Positions 35,778 through 49,656 of a DNA stretch of 64,000 nucleotides are shown one piece after another. Position 1 is the first letter of the stretch; each line of letters begins with the position of its first letter. The notes below the pieces were generated by a model. The model did no database searches, had not been told where the DNA came from, and worked only from the letters and a program-made list of their open reading frames with translations. A program made the translations under genes and the position numbers. This stretch comes from Eledone cirrhosa. Taxonomy: Eukaryota. Location: assembly GCA_964016885.1 (NCBI GenBank), contig OZ024740.1, positions 40,424,001 through 40,488,000 on the forward strand. The letters are read 5' to 3'.

Positions 35778-37468
35778 TAATTGGTTGCAAAATCTAGTTA
35801 TTAAGAGAATCAGCAAGAATACTTAGACACATCATCATCATCACCGTTTAATGTCCATTTTTCCACACTAGAATGGGCCTCATATCCCCTAAAATAAACT
35901 ACTGCTAAAAATACATTCTATGATATTTTACCTGACAACTGTATATGACCATGGTGTTTTACCTGGTTTTATCTGACAAGATATGACTGATGTTTTTTCT
36001 GACAGCAGGTAGGACTATGAAAATTCTCCTAATCAAAAGATGTTATTGAAACTTTTTTTTTTTGTTAATTTAATCAATTAGAAGAGAAGTTTGTTGTAAG
36101 AGGGAACTAAAAGGGTTGACACCAGAAGGAACATCCAGGTGTAAAACATTGCTTTGACAAGGGTTATGATGGGTTCTAAAGTTTGTTATAGGGACTGCAA
36201 CACTGACCCATACTTGAGCACTACAGAAGGAAAATCTGGGTGTAAAACATTGCCATGACAAGGACTATGATGGGTTATGAAGTTTGTTATAGAAAGTATC
36301 ATACTTGTATATAGAGTCAGAAGAAAAGTATCCATGATGTTACCACTACCTCTCTGTCACACCTTGGCTAGTGTCATTGATGTAGTTGATGGTTTGAATG
36401 AATATGTGTACGGAAAATGTGGCCAAGGAAGAGAAGTTCAATAAAATGTCGGCTCATAGTGATTAGTAAAGTTGAGATAGAATCCCGAATATAGAGATAG
36501 AAAAGGCAAACAGAAGAAACACTGAATCAAAGGTTATTGTGTGATGGCATTCATGGACTAGACAAGCTACATTGTTAGGCTGAAGCAACTGGAGAAGTCT
36601 TTGCACTTGGCAACTGAATATGTACCATATATACTCAAATATAAGCTGAAGAATATGTGACAATTAAAAAAAAAAAAAATTAATTGATGGTAAAATGGAG
36701 GATCGGCTTATATTTGGAGTCAATATTTTGACGATTTTCACCAACTTCAAATTCTACGTAAATAAGGTGCTAAAATATCTGGAGTGATTATTTCACAATG
36801 AAACACTATATCTACATTTCCTATATCACCAGGAGTTTTATTTATGCATTGCCTTGAGAACATTCCCACAAAGTTTTATTTGAACTTTTTAATACATAAA
36901 TATCCCCCATACATATACATAAACACATATGCAGCATCTGATTTTCTCTGTGACTTAGGTAATTATACTTTTCTTTCAATCTTGTTTTGTTTTATTTCGC
37001 TTTCTCTCTCCCTTCTCTTGCTTTGCCTACCCTAAACCTTTAATACTTGTTCAATGGTAAATTGTTTTCAAGTTTTTCACAGTACACATTTCATTCGATG
37101 TGTATATTAAATAAAAATCTGTTCCATTCGGGAGATACAGCTTTTGTCTGCTTTTAAAAAAATTACTGATACGTGAAGAAAGCAACTTTTTAATTTGACT
37201 ATACATCACATATTAAAAATGAATTGACAAAATCATAAATTATTACAAATTGAACCTTGATGCTGTCAAAACATGTGACAAATAGCTGAGATTCCTATCT
37301 ATAGTTATAAAGTACAAAACATTTGATACAATCAATCTACTTAAAATTGGGTTGATATTCCAGGGAATTTAAATAGGAACAGTTCTGGAAGGAAAGGATT
37401 GGGTAAAAAAAACAGTGTGGAACCTTGGAGATGAAACAGAGTAGGCTGATGAGATGAAAGACATACTT

Positions 37469-38255
37469 GGGTGGAGTTGGTAGGTTAAATCTGTTACCTG
37501 GTTTAACAACACTACCTGATAGTTTAGGTGGAGTTGGTAGGTTAAATCTGTTACCTGGTTTAACAACACTACCCGACAGTTTAGGTGGAGTTGGTAGGTT
37601 AAATCTGTTACCTGGTTTAACAACACTACCTGATAGTTTAAGTGGAGTTGATAGGTTAAACCTGTTACCTGGTTTAACACCACTACCAGGCAGTTTAGGT
37701 GGAGTTGGTAGGTTAAATCTGTTACCTGGTTTAACAACACTACCTGATAGTTTAAGTGGCGTTGATAGGTTAAACCTGTTACCTGGTTTAACACCACTAC
37801 CAGGCAGTTTAGGTGGAGTTGGTAGGTTAAATCTGTTACCTGGTTTAACAACACTACCTGATAGTTTAGGTGGAGTTGGTAGGTTAAATCTGCTACCTGG
37901 TTTAACAACACTACCTGATAGTTTAGGTGGAGTTGGTAGGTTAAATCTGCTACCTGGTTTAACAACACTACCTGATAGTTTAGGTGGAGTTCGTAGGTTA
38001 AATCTGTTACCTGGTTTAACAACACTACCAGGTAGTTTAGGTGGAGTTGATAGGTTAAACCTGTTACTTGGTTTAACACCACTACCAGGTAGTTTAGGTG
38101 GAGTTGATAGATTAAATCTGTTACCTGGTTTAACACCACTACCAGGCAGTTTAGGTGGAGTTGGTAGGTTAAATCTGTTACCTGGTTTAACACCACTACC
38201 AGGCAGTTTGGGTGGAGTTGGTAGGTTAAATCTGTTACCTGGTTTAACAACACTA
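37469..38255. repeat. 51-bp minisatellite, about 15.5 copies
   Basis: ggtggagttggtaggttaaatctgttacctggtttaacaacactacctgatagttta in tandem. Confidence 0.95.
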
Positions 38256-38504
38256 TCTGGCCCTTGGGTGACTCAAGCAGTGTCCATTCTGTTTCAAGTA
38301 TACATGCCATGTCATTGGTTTTAGGGAACTTTCCTCCATCCCAGCAGGCTAATGAAAGGAGTCATGGGTATAGTCTCTCCCTCCCCAACTAAATAGCAAA
38401 ACAAAAAACAAGCTTATTCAAGAAAACAAGGTCCATTGTAGTAGAAACAGAAGATGAAAGGGGATACAGGATGCCTGGAAATCTTTATTCATGTCATTAC
38501 CTTT

Positions 38505-41500
38505 GGTACTGCCTAACAACAACAGCACTGTTGTACACATAATACTGCCTAACAACAGTACTATTGTACACATAATACTGCCTAGCAACATCACTATTGT
38601 ACACATATTACTGCCTAACAACAGTACTATTGTACACATAATACTGCCTAACAACACTGTTGTACACATAATACTGCCTAGCAACAACATCACTATTGTA
38701 CACATAATACTGCCTAACAACAGTACTATTGTACACATAATACTGCCTAACAACAGTACTATTGTACACATAATACTGCCTAACAACAGTACTATTGTAC
38801 ACATAATACTGCCTAGCAACAACATCACTATTGTACACATAATACTGCCTAGCAACAACATCACTATTGTACACATAATACTGCCTAACAACAGTACTAT
38901 TGTACACATAATACTGCCTAACAACAGTACTATTGTACACATAATACTGCCTAACAACAGTACTATTGTACACATAATACTGCCTAACAACAGTACTATT
39001 GTACACATAATACTGCCTAGCAACAACAGTACTATTGTACACATAATACTGCCTAGCAACAACATCACTATTGTACACATAATACTGCCTAACAACAGTA
39101 CTATTGTACACATAATACTGCCTAACAACAGTACTATTGTACACATAATACTGCCTAACAACAGTACTATTGTACACATAATACTGCCTAGTAACAACAT
39201 CACTATTGTACAAATAATACTGCCTAACAACAACATCACTATTGTACACATAATACTGCCTAGCAACAACAGTACTATTGTACACATAATACTGCCTAGC
39301 AACATCACTATTGTACACATAATACTGCCTAGCAACAACATCACTATTGTACACATAATACTGCCTAAAAACAGTACTATTGTACACATAATACTGCCTA
39401 GCAACAACACTGTTGTACACATAATACTGCCTAGCAACAACAGTATTGTACACATAATACTGCCTAACAACAGTACTATTGTACACATAATACTGCCTAG
39501 CAACAACAGTACTATTGTACACATAATACTGCCTAACAACAACAGTACTATTGTACACATAATACTGCCTAACAACAGTACTATTGTACACATAATACTG
39601 CCTAGTAACAACATCACTATTGTACACATAATACTGCCTAGTAACAACATCACTATTGTACACATAATACTGCCTAACAACAACAGTATTGTACACATAA
39701 TACTGCCTAACAACAACAGTATTGTACACATAATACTGCCTAACAACAACAGCACTGATCTAGACATAATACTGCCTAACAACAACAGCACTGATCTAGA
39801 CATAATACTGTCTAACAACAACAGCACTGATCTAGACATAATACTGTCAAACAGCAACAGCACTGATCTAGACATAATACTGCCTAACAACAACAACACT
39901 GATCTAGACATAATACTGCCTAACAACAACAGCACTGATCTAGACATAATACTGTCTAACAACAACAACACTGATCTAGACATAATACTGTCTAACAACA
40001 ACAGTACTGATCTAGACATAATACTGCCTAACAACAACAGCACTGATCTAGACATAATACTGACTAACAACAACAGCACTGATCTAGACATAATACTGTC
40101 TAACAACAACAACACTGATCTAGACATAATACTGTCTAACAACAACAGTACTGATCTAGACATAATACTGCCTAACAACAACAGCACTGATCTAGACATA
40201 ATACTGTCTAACAAAAACAGCACTGATCTAGACATAATACTGCCTAACAACAACAGCACTGATCTAGACATAATACTGTCTAACAACAACAGCACTGATC
40301 TAGACATAATACTGCCTAACAACAACAGCACTGATCTAGACATAATACTGTCTAACAACAACAGCACTGATCTAGACATAATACTGCCTAACAACAACAG
40401 CACTGATCTAGACATAATACTGCCTAACAACAACAGCACTGATCTAGACATAATACTGCCTAACAACAACAGCACTGATCTAGACATAATACTATCTAAC
40501 AACAACAGTACTGATCTAGACATAATACTGCCTAACAACAACAGCACTGATCTAGACATAATACTGCCTAACAACAACAGCACTGATCTAGACATAATAC
40601 TGTCTAACAACAACAGCACTGATCTAGACATAATACTGTCTAACAACAACAGCACTGATCTAGACATAATACTGTCTAACAAAAACAGCACTGATCTAGA
40701 CATAATACTGCCTAACAACAACAGCACTGATCTAGACATAATACTGTCTAACAACAACAGTACTGATCTAGACATAATACTGTCTAACAACAACAGCACT
40801 GATCTAGACATAATACTGCCTAACAACAACAGCACTGATCTAGACATAACAACAACAGCACTGATCTAGACATAATACTGTCTAACAACAACAGCACTGA
40901 TCTAGACATAATACTGTCTAACAACAACAGCACTGATCTAGACATAATACTGTCTAACAACAACAGCACTGATCTAGACATAATACTGTCTAACAACAAC
41001 AAGCACTGATCTAGACATAATACTGTCTAATAACAACAGCACTGATCTAGACATAATACTGCCTAACAACAACAGCACTGATCTAGACATAATACTGTCT
41101 AACAACAACAGCACTGATCTAGACATAATACTGTCTAACAACAACAGCACTGATCTAGACATAATACTGGCTAACAACAACAGCACTGATCTAGACATAA
41201 TACTGTCTAACAACAACAGCACTGATCTAGACATAATACTGTCTAACAACAACAGCACTGATCTAGACATAATACTGCCTAACAACAACAGCACTGATCT
41301 AGACATAATACTGCCTAACAACAACAGCACTGATCTAGACATAATACTGTCTAACAACAACAGCACTGATCTAGACATAATACTGTCTAACAACAACAGC
41401 ACTGATCTAGACATAATACTGCCTAACAACAACAGCACTGATCTAGACATAATACTGCCTAACAACAACAGCACTGATCTAGACATAATACTGTCTAACA

Positions 41501-41620
41501 ATAACAGCACTGATCTAGACATAATACTGTCTAACAACAACAGCACTGATCTAGACATAATACTGCCTAATAACAACACTGTTGTACACATAATACTGCC
41601 TAACAACAACAGCACTGTTA
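38505..41620. repeat. 3.1-kb 30-36-bp minisatellite with two sub-domains
   Basis: Unit A (ctattgtacacataatactgcctaacaacagta) to ~39750, unit B (ctgatctagacataatactgYctaacaacaacagca, 36 bp) from 39750 to 41575, then unit A again. Confidence 0.97.
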
Positions 41621-41784
41621 CTATATAGTACCTTTGATACTGCCTAGCATTATTTTTGTTGATAGTTGTCACATATAACGAGGGATGTTCAAATTCATGA
41701 AATAGGAGACATATGAAGTCCTTGGATTGGTTGATTAACTAGGAGATTCATAGTTTCTATTCCCCCAATTGACCAGGAGTTGGA

Positions 41785-42030
41785 GGATTAACTATAGACC
41801 ACCAGACCAATGGTTAGTGGGTTAAATATAGACCACTTGACCAGTGGTTGGTGGATTAACTATTGACCACTGCTTGGTGGGTTAACTATTGACCACTGAT
41901 TAGTAGATTAACTATTGACCACTAGTTAATGGGTTAACTATTGACCAGTGGTGGGTGGTTTACTATTGACCACTGGTTGGTGTGTTAACTATTAACCATT
42001 GGCTGGTGGGTCAACTATAGACCACTAATT
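41785..42030. repeat. Diverged ~27-bp minisatellite (gggttaactattgaccactggttggt)
   Basis: About 9 imperfect copies. Confidence 0.75.
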
Positions 42031-43216
42031 GATGGTTTGGGCAATGATATAGGTTAGCTCTGGTATATATTAAGGGTTGTGGGACATTATGTGGGACAGT
42101 GGCAGTTAGCTCTGGTGTACATTAAGGGTAGTGGATGAGTCATTATTAGGGAGGTGGTGAATGATAGGGATTAGTTCTGGAGCCAACTGAGGGAAGGGTC
42201 ATTATCAGAGGGAGGCCAATGATAGTGGTTAGTTCTTGAGTACCTTGAGGGTAGTAGAAGAAACATTATCAGTGATAGAGGCCATGTCAATCTGAAGAAA
42301 CTGAAGGAATGTCTTCCTATTTGAAATGTATGAGAAGGGGAAGGAAATGTTTGAAAGAATTTTGTCAAATTTCTGTAATGTAGCTTTGGGCTATAAATCA
42401 AGCATCAAATATGAGATCTCAACTGCAATATACCTTGGTGACCTTTGATAAATCTTTATTTAGAAGTAATGGTGACATCAACCATGATATACTGGTGACT
42501 ATCAATACGGGCTCCTTAACAGAGGAATGGTGCGAAGGAAGGTATTTACAATATTGGTATAAAGATCCTTTTGGCAATGAACTCACCACCCACCCCGCCA
42601 CACGCCCCAAAAAAACAAAATAAAACAGTTGATTGGGGGGGGGAGTGAGAACTTGCATGTAATACGGTGTATGAAAGCATCTTTTGTATTTCAGATGGTA
42701 GGTAGTCTTTCAAGTGTTGTGGAGATGGTTAAATGCTATCCAGTTATTACTTTTGTTTACTAATGACCACTTCAAAGAATCTTTAACCTACTCATCATTC
42801 ATGTGAAAAAAGAATAGGTAAATAAATAAATCAGTAAAGAGAATATAAAATAAACTGATAATAAATACTAATTATATGTAAAACAGAAATCTGTATAACA
42901 AAACAAGAGTTTAAGGCCATTTTCCCTACTAAAGCAGGAGATAGGCATGTGTGACCCTATAACAAGTATCTCAATTTCCCACAATGTCTATAACCTCTTC
43001 TCACCAATCCCCTGGCTTTCATTTCCTCCACTATCATTTTTAGCAATATCATTCTTGGTTTTCCTCTTCCTCTACTTTCATCCACATTCATTTACGTCGT
43101 CCCTCTCACCCAAACACTTTCATCCTTCCTCAACACATGACCCAACCATTTCTCTTTATAAGATTCGTCACAGGGCTCTATTCCCACCATCCTCTGCAAT
43201 TCATTATTTGTCACAG

Positions 43217-43596
43217 AGGGCGGTGGATTGGCAGTATCGGTAGAGGGTCGGACGCCATGCTTTCCAGCATAGTTACGTCCCTTTACGATCTGAGTTCAAA
43301 TCCCGCCGAGGTTGACTTTGCCTTTCATCCTTACGGGGTCGATAAAATAAAGTACCAGTAATGCACTGGGTAATTGCTGGCCTTGTGCTTAAAGTAGAAA
43401 CAATTATTTGTCAGTGAATTGACAGTATCGGTAGAGGGTTGGGTGCCATGCTTTCTAGCATAGTTACGTCCCTTTACGGTCTGAGTTCAAATCCCGTCGA
43501 GGTTAACTTTGCCTTTCATCCTTATGGGGTCGATAAAATAAAGTACCAGTAATGTACTGGGTAATTGCTGGCCTTGTGCCAAAAGTAGAAACAATT
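43217..43596 (+). mobile_element. Tandem pair of tRNA-derived SINEs
   Basis: Copies at 43217-43404 and 43413-43596; attatttgtca recurs before, between and after them. Confidence 0.88.
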
Positions 43597-44469
43597 ATTT
43601 GTCATTCCTCTCTACAATACTCCACTCATCCACCAAACCATTCTTATTTCTGTGCTTTCCAGTTTCACTGACACACACCACTCCTCAATGAATCACTCAA
43701 TTCCCAGAACTTCTTCCATGCACATCTCACTCTCTAGATACTATCACAAAGTCTGATCCACCCGTTCCAATATAATAATCCCTTCACACCATTCCTATCG
43801 TCAAAATCAACATCCTCTTCATCTGCAGCTCCCTCCACTTTATACTTCAATGTAGTTGCTATATTATTTAATACTCCCTTCACATCATTACATTTTCAAT
43901 GTACCCACCCAGTACATATTGAACATTTAATATAGTTTCCTCCAACACCATCCCTTCACACAGCCACCCTACTGTTCTTTCCATCTCAATAAATGTTTTA
44001 CTATACTTATCACCCCCTTCGCCTAGTTGCTAATAGAAACAATTATATCTAAAAAAAAGTAGAAACAATTATTCAGAGTCAAGTTGGAATAAACAGTGTA
44101 GACTGAACTGTAGATAATATTGACTAAGACAACCTATGCCTAAAAAGACAGATGGGTCAGGACTGAAACCCTTTTGATCATAAAACTGCTGATAAAGGGC
44201 AAGGTAAGAACAAACCACCTGTTGTTTTTTTCCACTTCCAGTAGTTTCCTCTAGTATCCACACTGACCACAGCTTTCAAACCAGTTATGTCTCTTGCATC
44301 CTCTTACTCCACCAACCAGTGTCTTAGTTCCCAAGGACTGTCACAAGTCAACGAAATCCTAAAATGTTCACGGATATTTACAAAAGACAAAAAAAAAAAA
44401 AGAAAAACAAGTACTTCTAATGTATAAGTTAGATATAGATTTTATGAAAGAGTAGTCAATAATATCGCT

Positions 44470-44612
44470 TCCAGTGTTTATTATCGACCCCAGAAAGATG
44501 AAAGCTACAGTTTACTTCGGCATGTTTTGAACTCGCCACGTAAAAAACACAACTACGTGTCACAACACATTTATTTTGTCTAATTCTCCACCGATTATTC
44601 CAACACACTGCC
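44470..44612 (-). mobile_element. Diverged tRNA-derived SINE
   Basis: ttatcgacccc...gatgaaag...tttgaactc...cactgcca, the reverse complement of the SINE core and boxes. Confidence 0.6.
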
Positions 44613-46536
44613 ATTCTTAGTCATTAATAATTTACACATAATTGACATTTATAAAAACTGAACATTTATTCGTATAGAATAGATTCGGATATGGCTGACA
44701 ATAATAAATGCCAATTTATTTATTTAATTTTTTATGATTTTACCAAATTACCTAAATTAGTAACAGACAAGACACACTGACTTGTGGAAACTAGTTAAAT
44801 AGATTAGTTTGTTAATCAGAATTATATCTATTTTTGTTTTTAATCTTCTTAAAAATTAATAATTGCAGCACTTTGGAGAATAGCTATTAGCCATAAAACA
44901 AAAGAGAAAACAATAAAATATTACAATTAAGATCGTTCTATCAACTAGTAATGGAACATTAGAAAATGATGGGCCATTAATTTATACAGAAATGTTTCAC
45001 TGGCGAAAATAAAAATATAAAGCTGTTAAATCGTGACAAATACAGTTTTGAGATAGAAATTTACGGTGGGCTAGTCTATTTAGGACAAGCGATAAAATAA
45101 TAACAAAATAGCCTAAATAACGACTAGAGGAATATATTTGACTTATTAGAAGGCGTTAATGATGGGTCGTTGGTGAAACTGCTTCGAATATAGAGGAAAT
45201 TTTTGACAACACAAAAACTGACTACAAAACATAAAACCACTACTAACTCGTATCTTATCAAGAAATACTTATTAAATCATAACCTACATTGGGTGTAAAT
45301 ATAGTTTATTATGTGTATACACAAACACACATTATATATGTGTGTGTGTGTGTTGTACATTAAAATGCAGTGATTGTTTAACCCTAGGACAGCTCTAGAC
45401 GAATAGACTTATGATCAAAGACAGCCCAGAGGTGACCATTCTACCTTTTTTTTTTATCTAGGCACAGTACACCAAGCAGAACATTATACAATGTCATTGG
45501 ATGTAATATGAGGGAGATTTGGCTGCTATTTCTAGCGGAAATGGTTAGAATATTAATGTTTAATCAATCTAGTTGTTATTTATGCTATCTATGTCAGTAG
45601 AAGCTATAATATTACAATATATATTCATGGAGTAGGTAATATAAATAAGTAGATATAACATAACCATTATATTGTAAGGTTTAGTGTGTAAATGTATCAT
45701 CACACAGCAAATATTTCAATTATTTCACTGGATCAAGAGTTCGTGACTTCTCATTCAGGATACAAGATTCTCTGAAATATTCATACAATTCTCAACATTG
45801 TTATCTTCTACTTCTATTGATTTAATAAACCAAACAGCATAAATTTACTACTTTAGCTACTTAATTTATAGTAAAGCACATTATTATATCTGCTACCCTA
45901 GTTTCTGTCGTGTGAACAGTCATGTAAATAGCAAAGTACAGTTTACTAAGCTAAAATGGAAGGAAGCTTACCTTACCACGTCTGTAGATTCTATTTAGAA
46001 TTCTTTGTTAATTCCTTTTTACCTTTTAACAAATATGTATTGTTAATAAAGAACATTTAAAAATGTTTGCCTATGTATACCTGTATAAACTTTAAGGTAT
46101 TATGTCCACACTAGTGTCCAATATCTATATAAACACTATTATGTGTCAAACTGTTGTCTTTATTCACAAACTGGTTCCCTTTACAAAATACAAACAAATT
46201 ATTTCCTCCCATGATATTTAGAACGGGAAATCATTTGTTATACAATTAACTCCACATTAGATGAAAAGCTGAATTAAAAGAGAAACACACCAATATAAAC
46301 GTTATCATGTAGATATTTTATGTCTACATTAATGTATTGGATCACATAACTAAGTTAAGACTATTTCAATCACAGTGTTGACAAGTGTAAATTTGAAACA
46401 AAATATTGCACAAAATATAACTTAAGAACGTAAATGTAGATATAAATGCTGTATGTTATTATTAATATGAACAGTTTGTGGTTAATAAAGAAATAATTAT
46501 TAACAATAACAGTAATAAAACAAAAAGATAATTTAC

Positions 46537-46694
46537 CAGAATAAATGACCACATTTACTGACTACAGCATCTCGTGCCGAGTCTAAGCAAATATTACATT
46601 CATAATCTGAATTTGTTGTATCACTTTGTCGATATCTTGTATCCTCACTTCCTTGACCATCTTTTGAAGATGATCCAGTGTCCCATTCACTCAT
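46537..46694 (-). CDS. RNF185: RNF185/RNF5-like RING E3 ubiquitin ligase, first coding exon
   Basis: ATG at 46694 gives [52 protein letters not shown]+TG, then a GTAAAT donor. ECNICLD..A.DAV.S.CGHLFCWPCLHQWLET is the RNF5/RNF185 C3HC4 RING. RNF5 versus RNF185 cannot be resolved. Confidence 0.9.
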
Positions 46695-46779
46695 TTTGGA
46701 GCAGTTTTTTTTTAAGGCCAAGAGATTAAAGAAGACGACGCTCTTCGCACTAAAATGTTTGTTGTATGTTTAACAAGTT

Positions 46780-46885
46780 TCCCACTGCGCATGTCACAAA
46801 CAAGGGACATAACACGTGATATCATCTTAACAAGAAATTATTCAACCTTACAGCGAACATAAATAATAAGCCACACGTGTTTCTA
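46780..46885 (-). promoter_or_regulatory. Putative proximal promoter motifs of the RNF185-like gene
   Basis: NRF1-like TGCGCATG (~46787) and two CACGTG E-boxes (~46813, ~46874) within 200 bp upstream of the ATG. Motif-only evidence. Confidence 0.35.
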
Positions 46886-48971
46886 TATTTATATTTATAT
46901 ATACATATCCGTCTGTAACGCTTTCAAATTTACGCACATACACACAATGCATTGCCTAACTCAGTCATGTTGCTACAATAAAAAGTTCGCTCACCAACTA
47001 CAAGGCCCTACATTTGTCTCCGTAAATAGTGTGGGGGTTAAAAAAAACATCAAATATAAAATTAAAACGAAAGATAAATTTATTGAAGAACACCCCGATG
47101 TCAGTGGAGAAATAATTATTTTTCCTGTTTTTTTTTATGCTATTAATTAAACTTAACTCCGAATATGCAACAAAGGATTTTTCCTGGTAAATAGGGGAGG
47201 GTGGGCTTCGTACTTTTCTCACACCCCTCCCGAAGTATTCTTTACCATTTTCTCCCTCCTGTTTTTGTTGTTGATGTTGTTTTTGTGTACTCCCAACTAA
47301 TCTTACCTCCGAACTTTTTTCCTTGGAAATCGAAAGACGACGGTGGGCTCATACCTGCCTCCCCTATCGGAGTTTTCTTTACTCCCTAACAACAACCCAA
47401 AACCTAACTCAACCCCAACCCTAACAGTCCGAACGTCTTCCTCTTCCCCCTCCGTTGTCCAGGTCAAAAAAATCCTTTGCGGCATGTTCAGGAGTTAAAT
47501 TAATTAGTAGCACATGAAAAAAAAAAAAAAAACCAAAATAATTATTTCCTACTGAAATTGGGGGAGCTGTTCTATAATAACACCTAAAAGAAAATATTAA
47601 TTCAATCACACATCACAAGGGACACCAGTGCTTCCCTTTAATATATATATATATTTTTTTAGGTATTCCAACAACACTGGCAGCATTAGCGTGGGTGACA
47701 GTGATACTTGGTGCTGGAATAATCAAGCACCCTTGTAGCGAAATCTCTTCGCACACATTGTCCCCCAAATGACATCTGGCTGCTATTTCTCTTTATCTGA
47801 GTTGGCGTCAGTTGTCTGGAGTGGCTGGTTAGCTTGGAGTGAAGTTCTTCTTTGGGTCATTCGACTCTGGTAACTTGGAAGAGAAGTATCACTTCGACCT
47901 GCACAAGCAAGTAGCGAGATGTAGCATTTAGCAAAAAAACCTTCGGCCCTGTTGACAAGGGTCTGAGAGAAATTCTTCCATCAGCACTTCGACTACACAT
48001 AGAATTATCTGCCTCTTCATATAAACAACACAGCTCCCTTGCACTGCGAGCTTACTACTATCTATGCTAGTATGTACATCCTGAAACAACTTGTCACTTT
48101 GTAATCTAACGTAACATAATAAACACATTTTTCCCCCCTTTATAAAGAACTGAAGTAAAGTTACATATCAAGCTGAAATTATTGTATTTGTTGTGTTTAT
48201 CATCTTCTTCCATAAAAACTACTAACTTCGCTTCACCCTCATACCTCGGTATGGCTGGGTGATAGCAAGGCTAAGACACTGAAACCACCAAACACCCTCA
48301 TGGGCATCACCTCATACCTCAGTAAGGTGAGCTGCCAATAATGCCAAGAACTTCATTATCAGTGACTCAGCTCCCCCAAACGTCTTGAATGCCACAGACT
48401 GGAAGAACTAGTTTTTCTGATAATTCCCAGTATTTTAGAATGTTATTCTGTTCAGCTACAGAAGATGTGACCCTCACAGAAGGTGGGATGGAGCAAAAGA
48501 GTCACTGACACTGATATATTTAATGCTGAACATTTATGTAATTTTATCTTAGAAATAAATTACTAAAATATCATTGTTATTTTTAATCACTTCCTTGTGT
48601 CAATAATCAATATAAACTATGGAGTGTTTCTTATGCAAACTATTAATTTATCAAAATGTAAATTTCCCAGTTTGTCTGATTGTTTTGATAATCCTGGTAT
48701 ATATGACATACCAATCCTGGATGCAAAGATTAAATATGTTCAATGCTATTGCTGTCATTACTGATGGTACTGGTCTTAATCTTTAGCATGCTGAATTTTT
48801 TTTATGAATTACTTCCCTTGACACTGTATTATGTATTAAGAGGAGATGACTCTATTGGCGACATAAGGCACCTAGAGCGCGCTGAAGATTAAATAAACAA
48901 ATTTAATTTAATTTTCATATTTTGCCTTGAAAAGAAAATATATTTTCTGTTAATTTTCATTTTATAAAATA

Positions 48972-49567
48972 CTAGCTGAGGTACCCGACTTTGCCCGGGA
49001 GAACAGTTAAGAGAAGATGGATAAAAGAGAAACCGACTGTATTGGATGTGTTGTCTGGTATGAGGTGAGACTGAAATGTGTGTGTGAGATATATATTAAA
49101 AAAAACAATCATAAAACTTCCTTATTAGGCTGCGAGTGTAAACTGCCGATTAAATGGTAGCATTAGCCTTGGATTTTAGATGTTGTGAAATAACCACAGT
49201 CAGTATGATTTTTTTCAGCTCCAAAGGACGTCATCTGAAACACAGCAATATACCACATAACATTGCTTCTGAAGTGTTTAGCTTCGTTAGTACGGTCTGT
49301 AAGTAGTATATGGATAAAAGCTGGAGGGTAGATTACTTTTTCTTTGTTCTGTAAAATCAAAGACTGTAAAACGAATTTATAAAAGCTAACGCAATATTGT
49401 TAAACCAAAAGATCTATAGTTTAAGCTGTTTCTAGACTTTTGTGGGACGTTTCTCTCTCTCTCTCTGAATATCTAACACTTTAATTGTATCTCTCTCTGT
49501 ATAACGGCCTATCTCTCTCTTTCTGCCTCTCCCTCTGTGTCTCTCTCTTTAGATGTGTGTGTATGTA

Positions 49568-49602
<35 letters not shown>

Positions 49603-49656
49603 TTTTTGTGTGATTCAACCAGCCAATAAACATCTTTCTTTTATATTATATATAGA
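48972..49656 (-). mobile_element. Non-autonomous Helitron carrying microsatellites
   Basis: Minus strand: A|TCTATATATAATATAAAA ... CCCGGGCAAAGTCGGG hairpin, then TACCTCAG and CTAG|T. Internal (CA)n and (GA)n. Confidence 0.8.

Larger units (their letters stand above)
42..46536 (-). other. 46,495-bp phase-2 GT-AG intron of the RNF185-like gene
   Basis: GT at 46536-46535 and AG at 43-42. Joining restores the RING Cys codon TG|T and an uninterrupted RING motif. Confidence 0.88.

Noticed and set aside
37369-38324. 285- and 313-aa repeat ORFs resembling LRR proteins
   Set aside because: A 51-bp tandem repeat open on both strands, with no splice or domain context.
39750-41575. G-U-compatible C/T polymorphism in the repeat hairpin as evidence of RNA-level selection
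   Set aside because: Any transition at a paired site is G-U-compatible on one strand, so it is uninformative.
37469-41620. CRISPR-like array of palindromic 30-51-bp repeats
   Set aside because: No unique spacers, no cas genes, eukaryotic context.
38418-41672. 792-809-aa ORFs on both strands (LDIILPNNNST / MSRSVLLLLDSI repeats)
   Set aside because: Translations of a minisatellite with triplet-multiple units, open in several frames, inside an intron. No evidence of a real gene.
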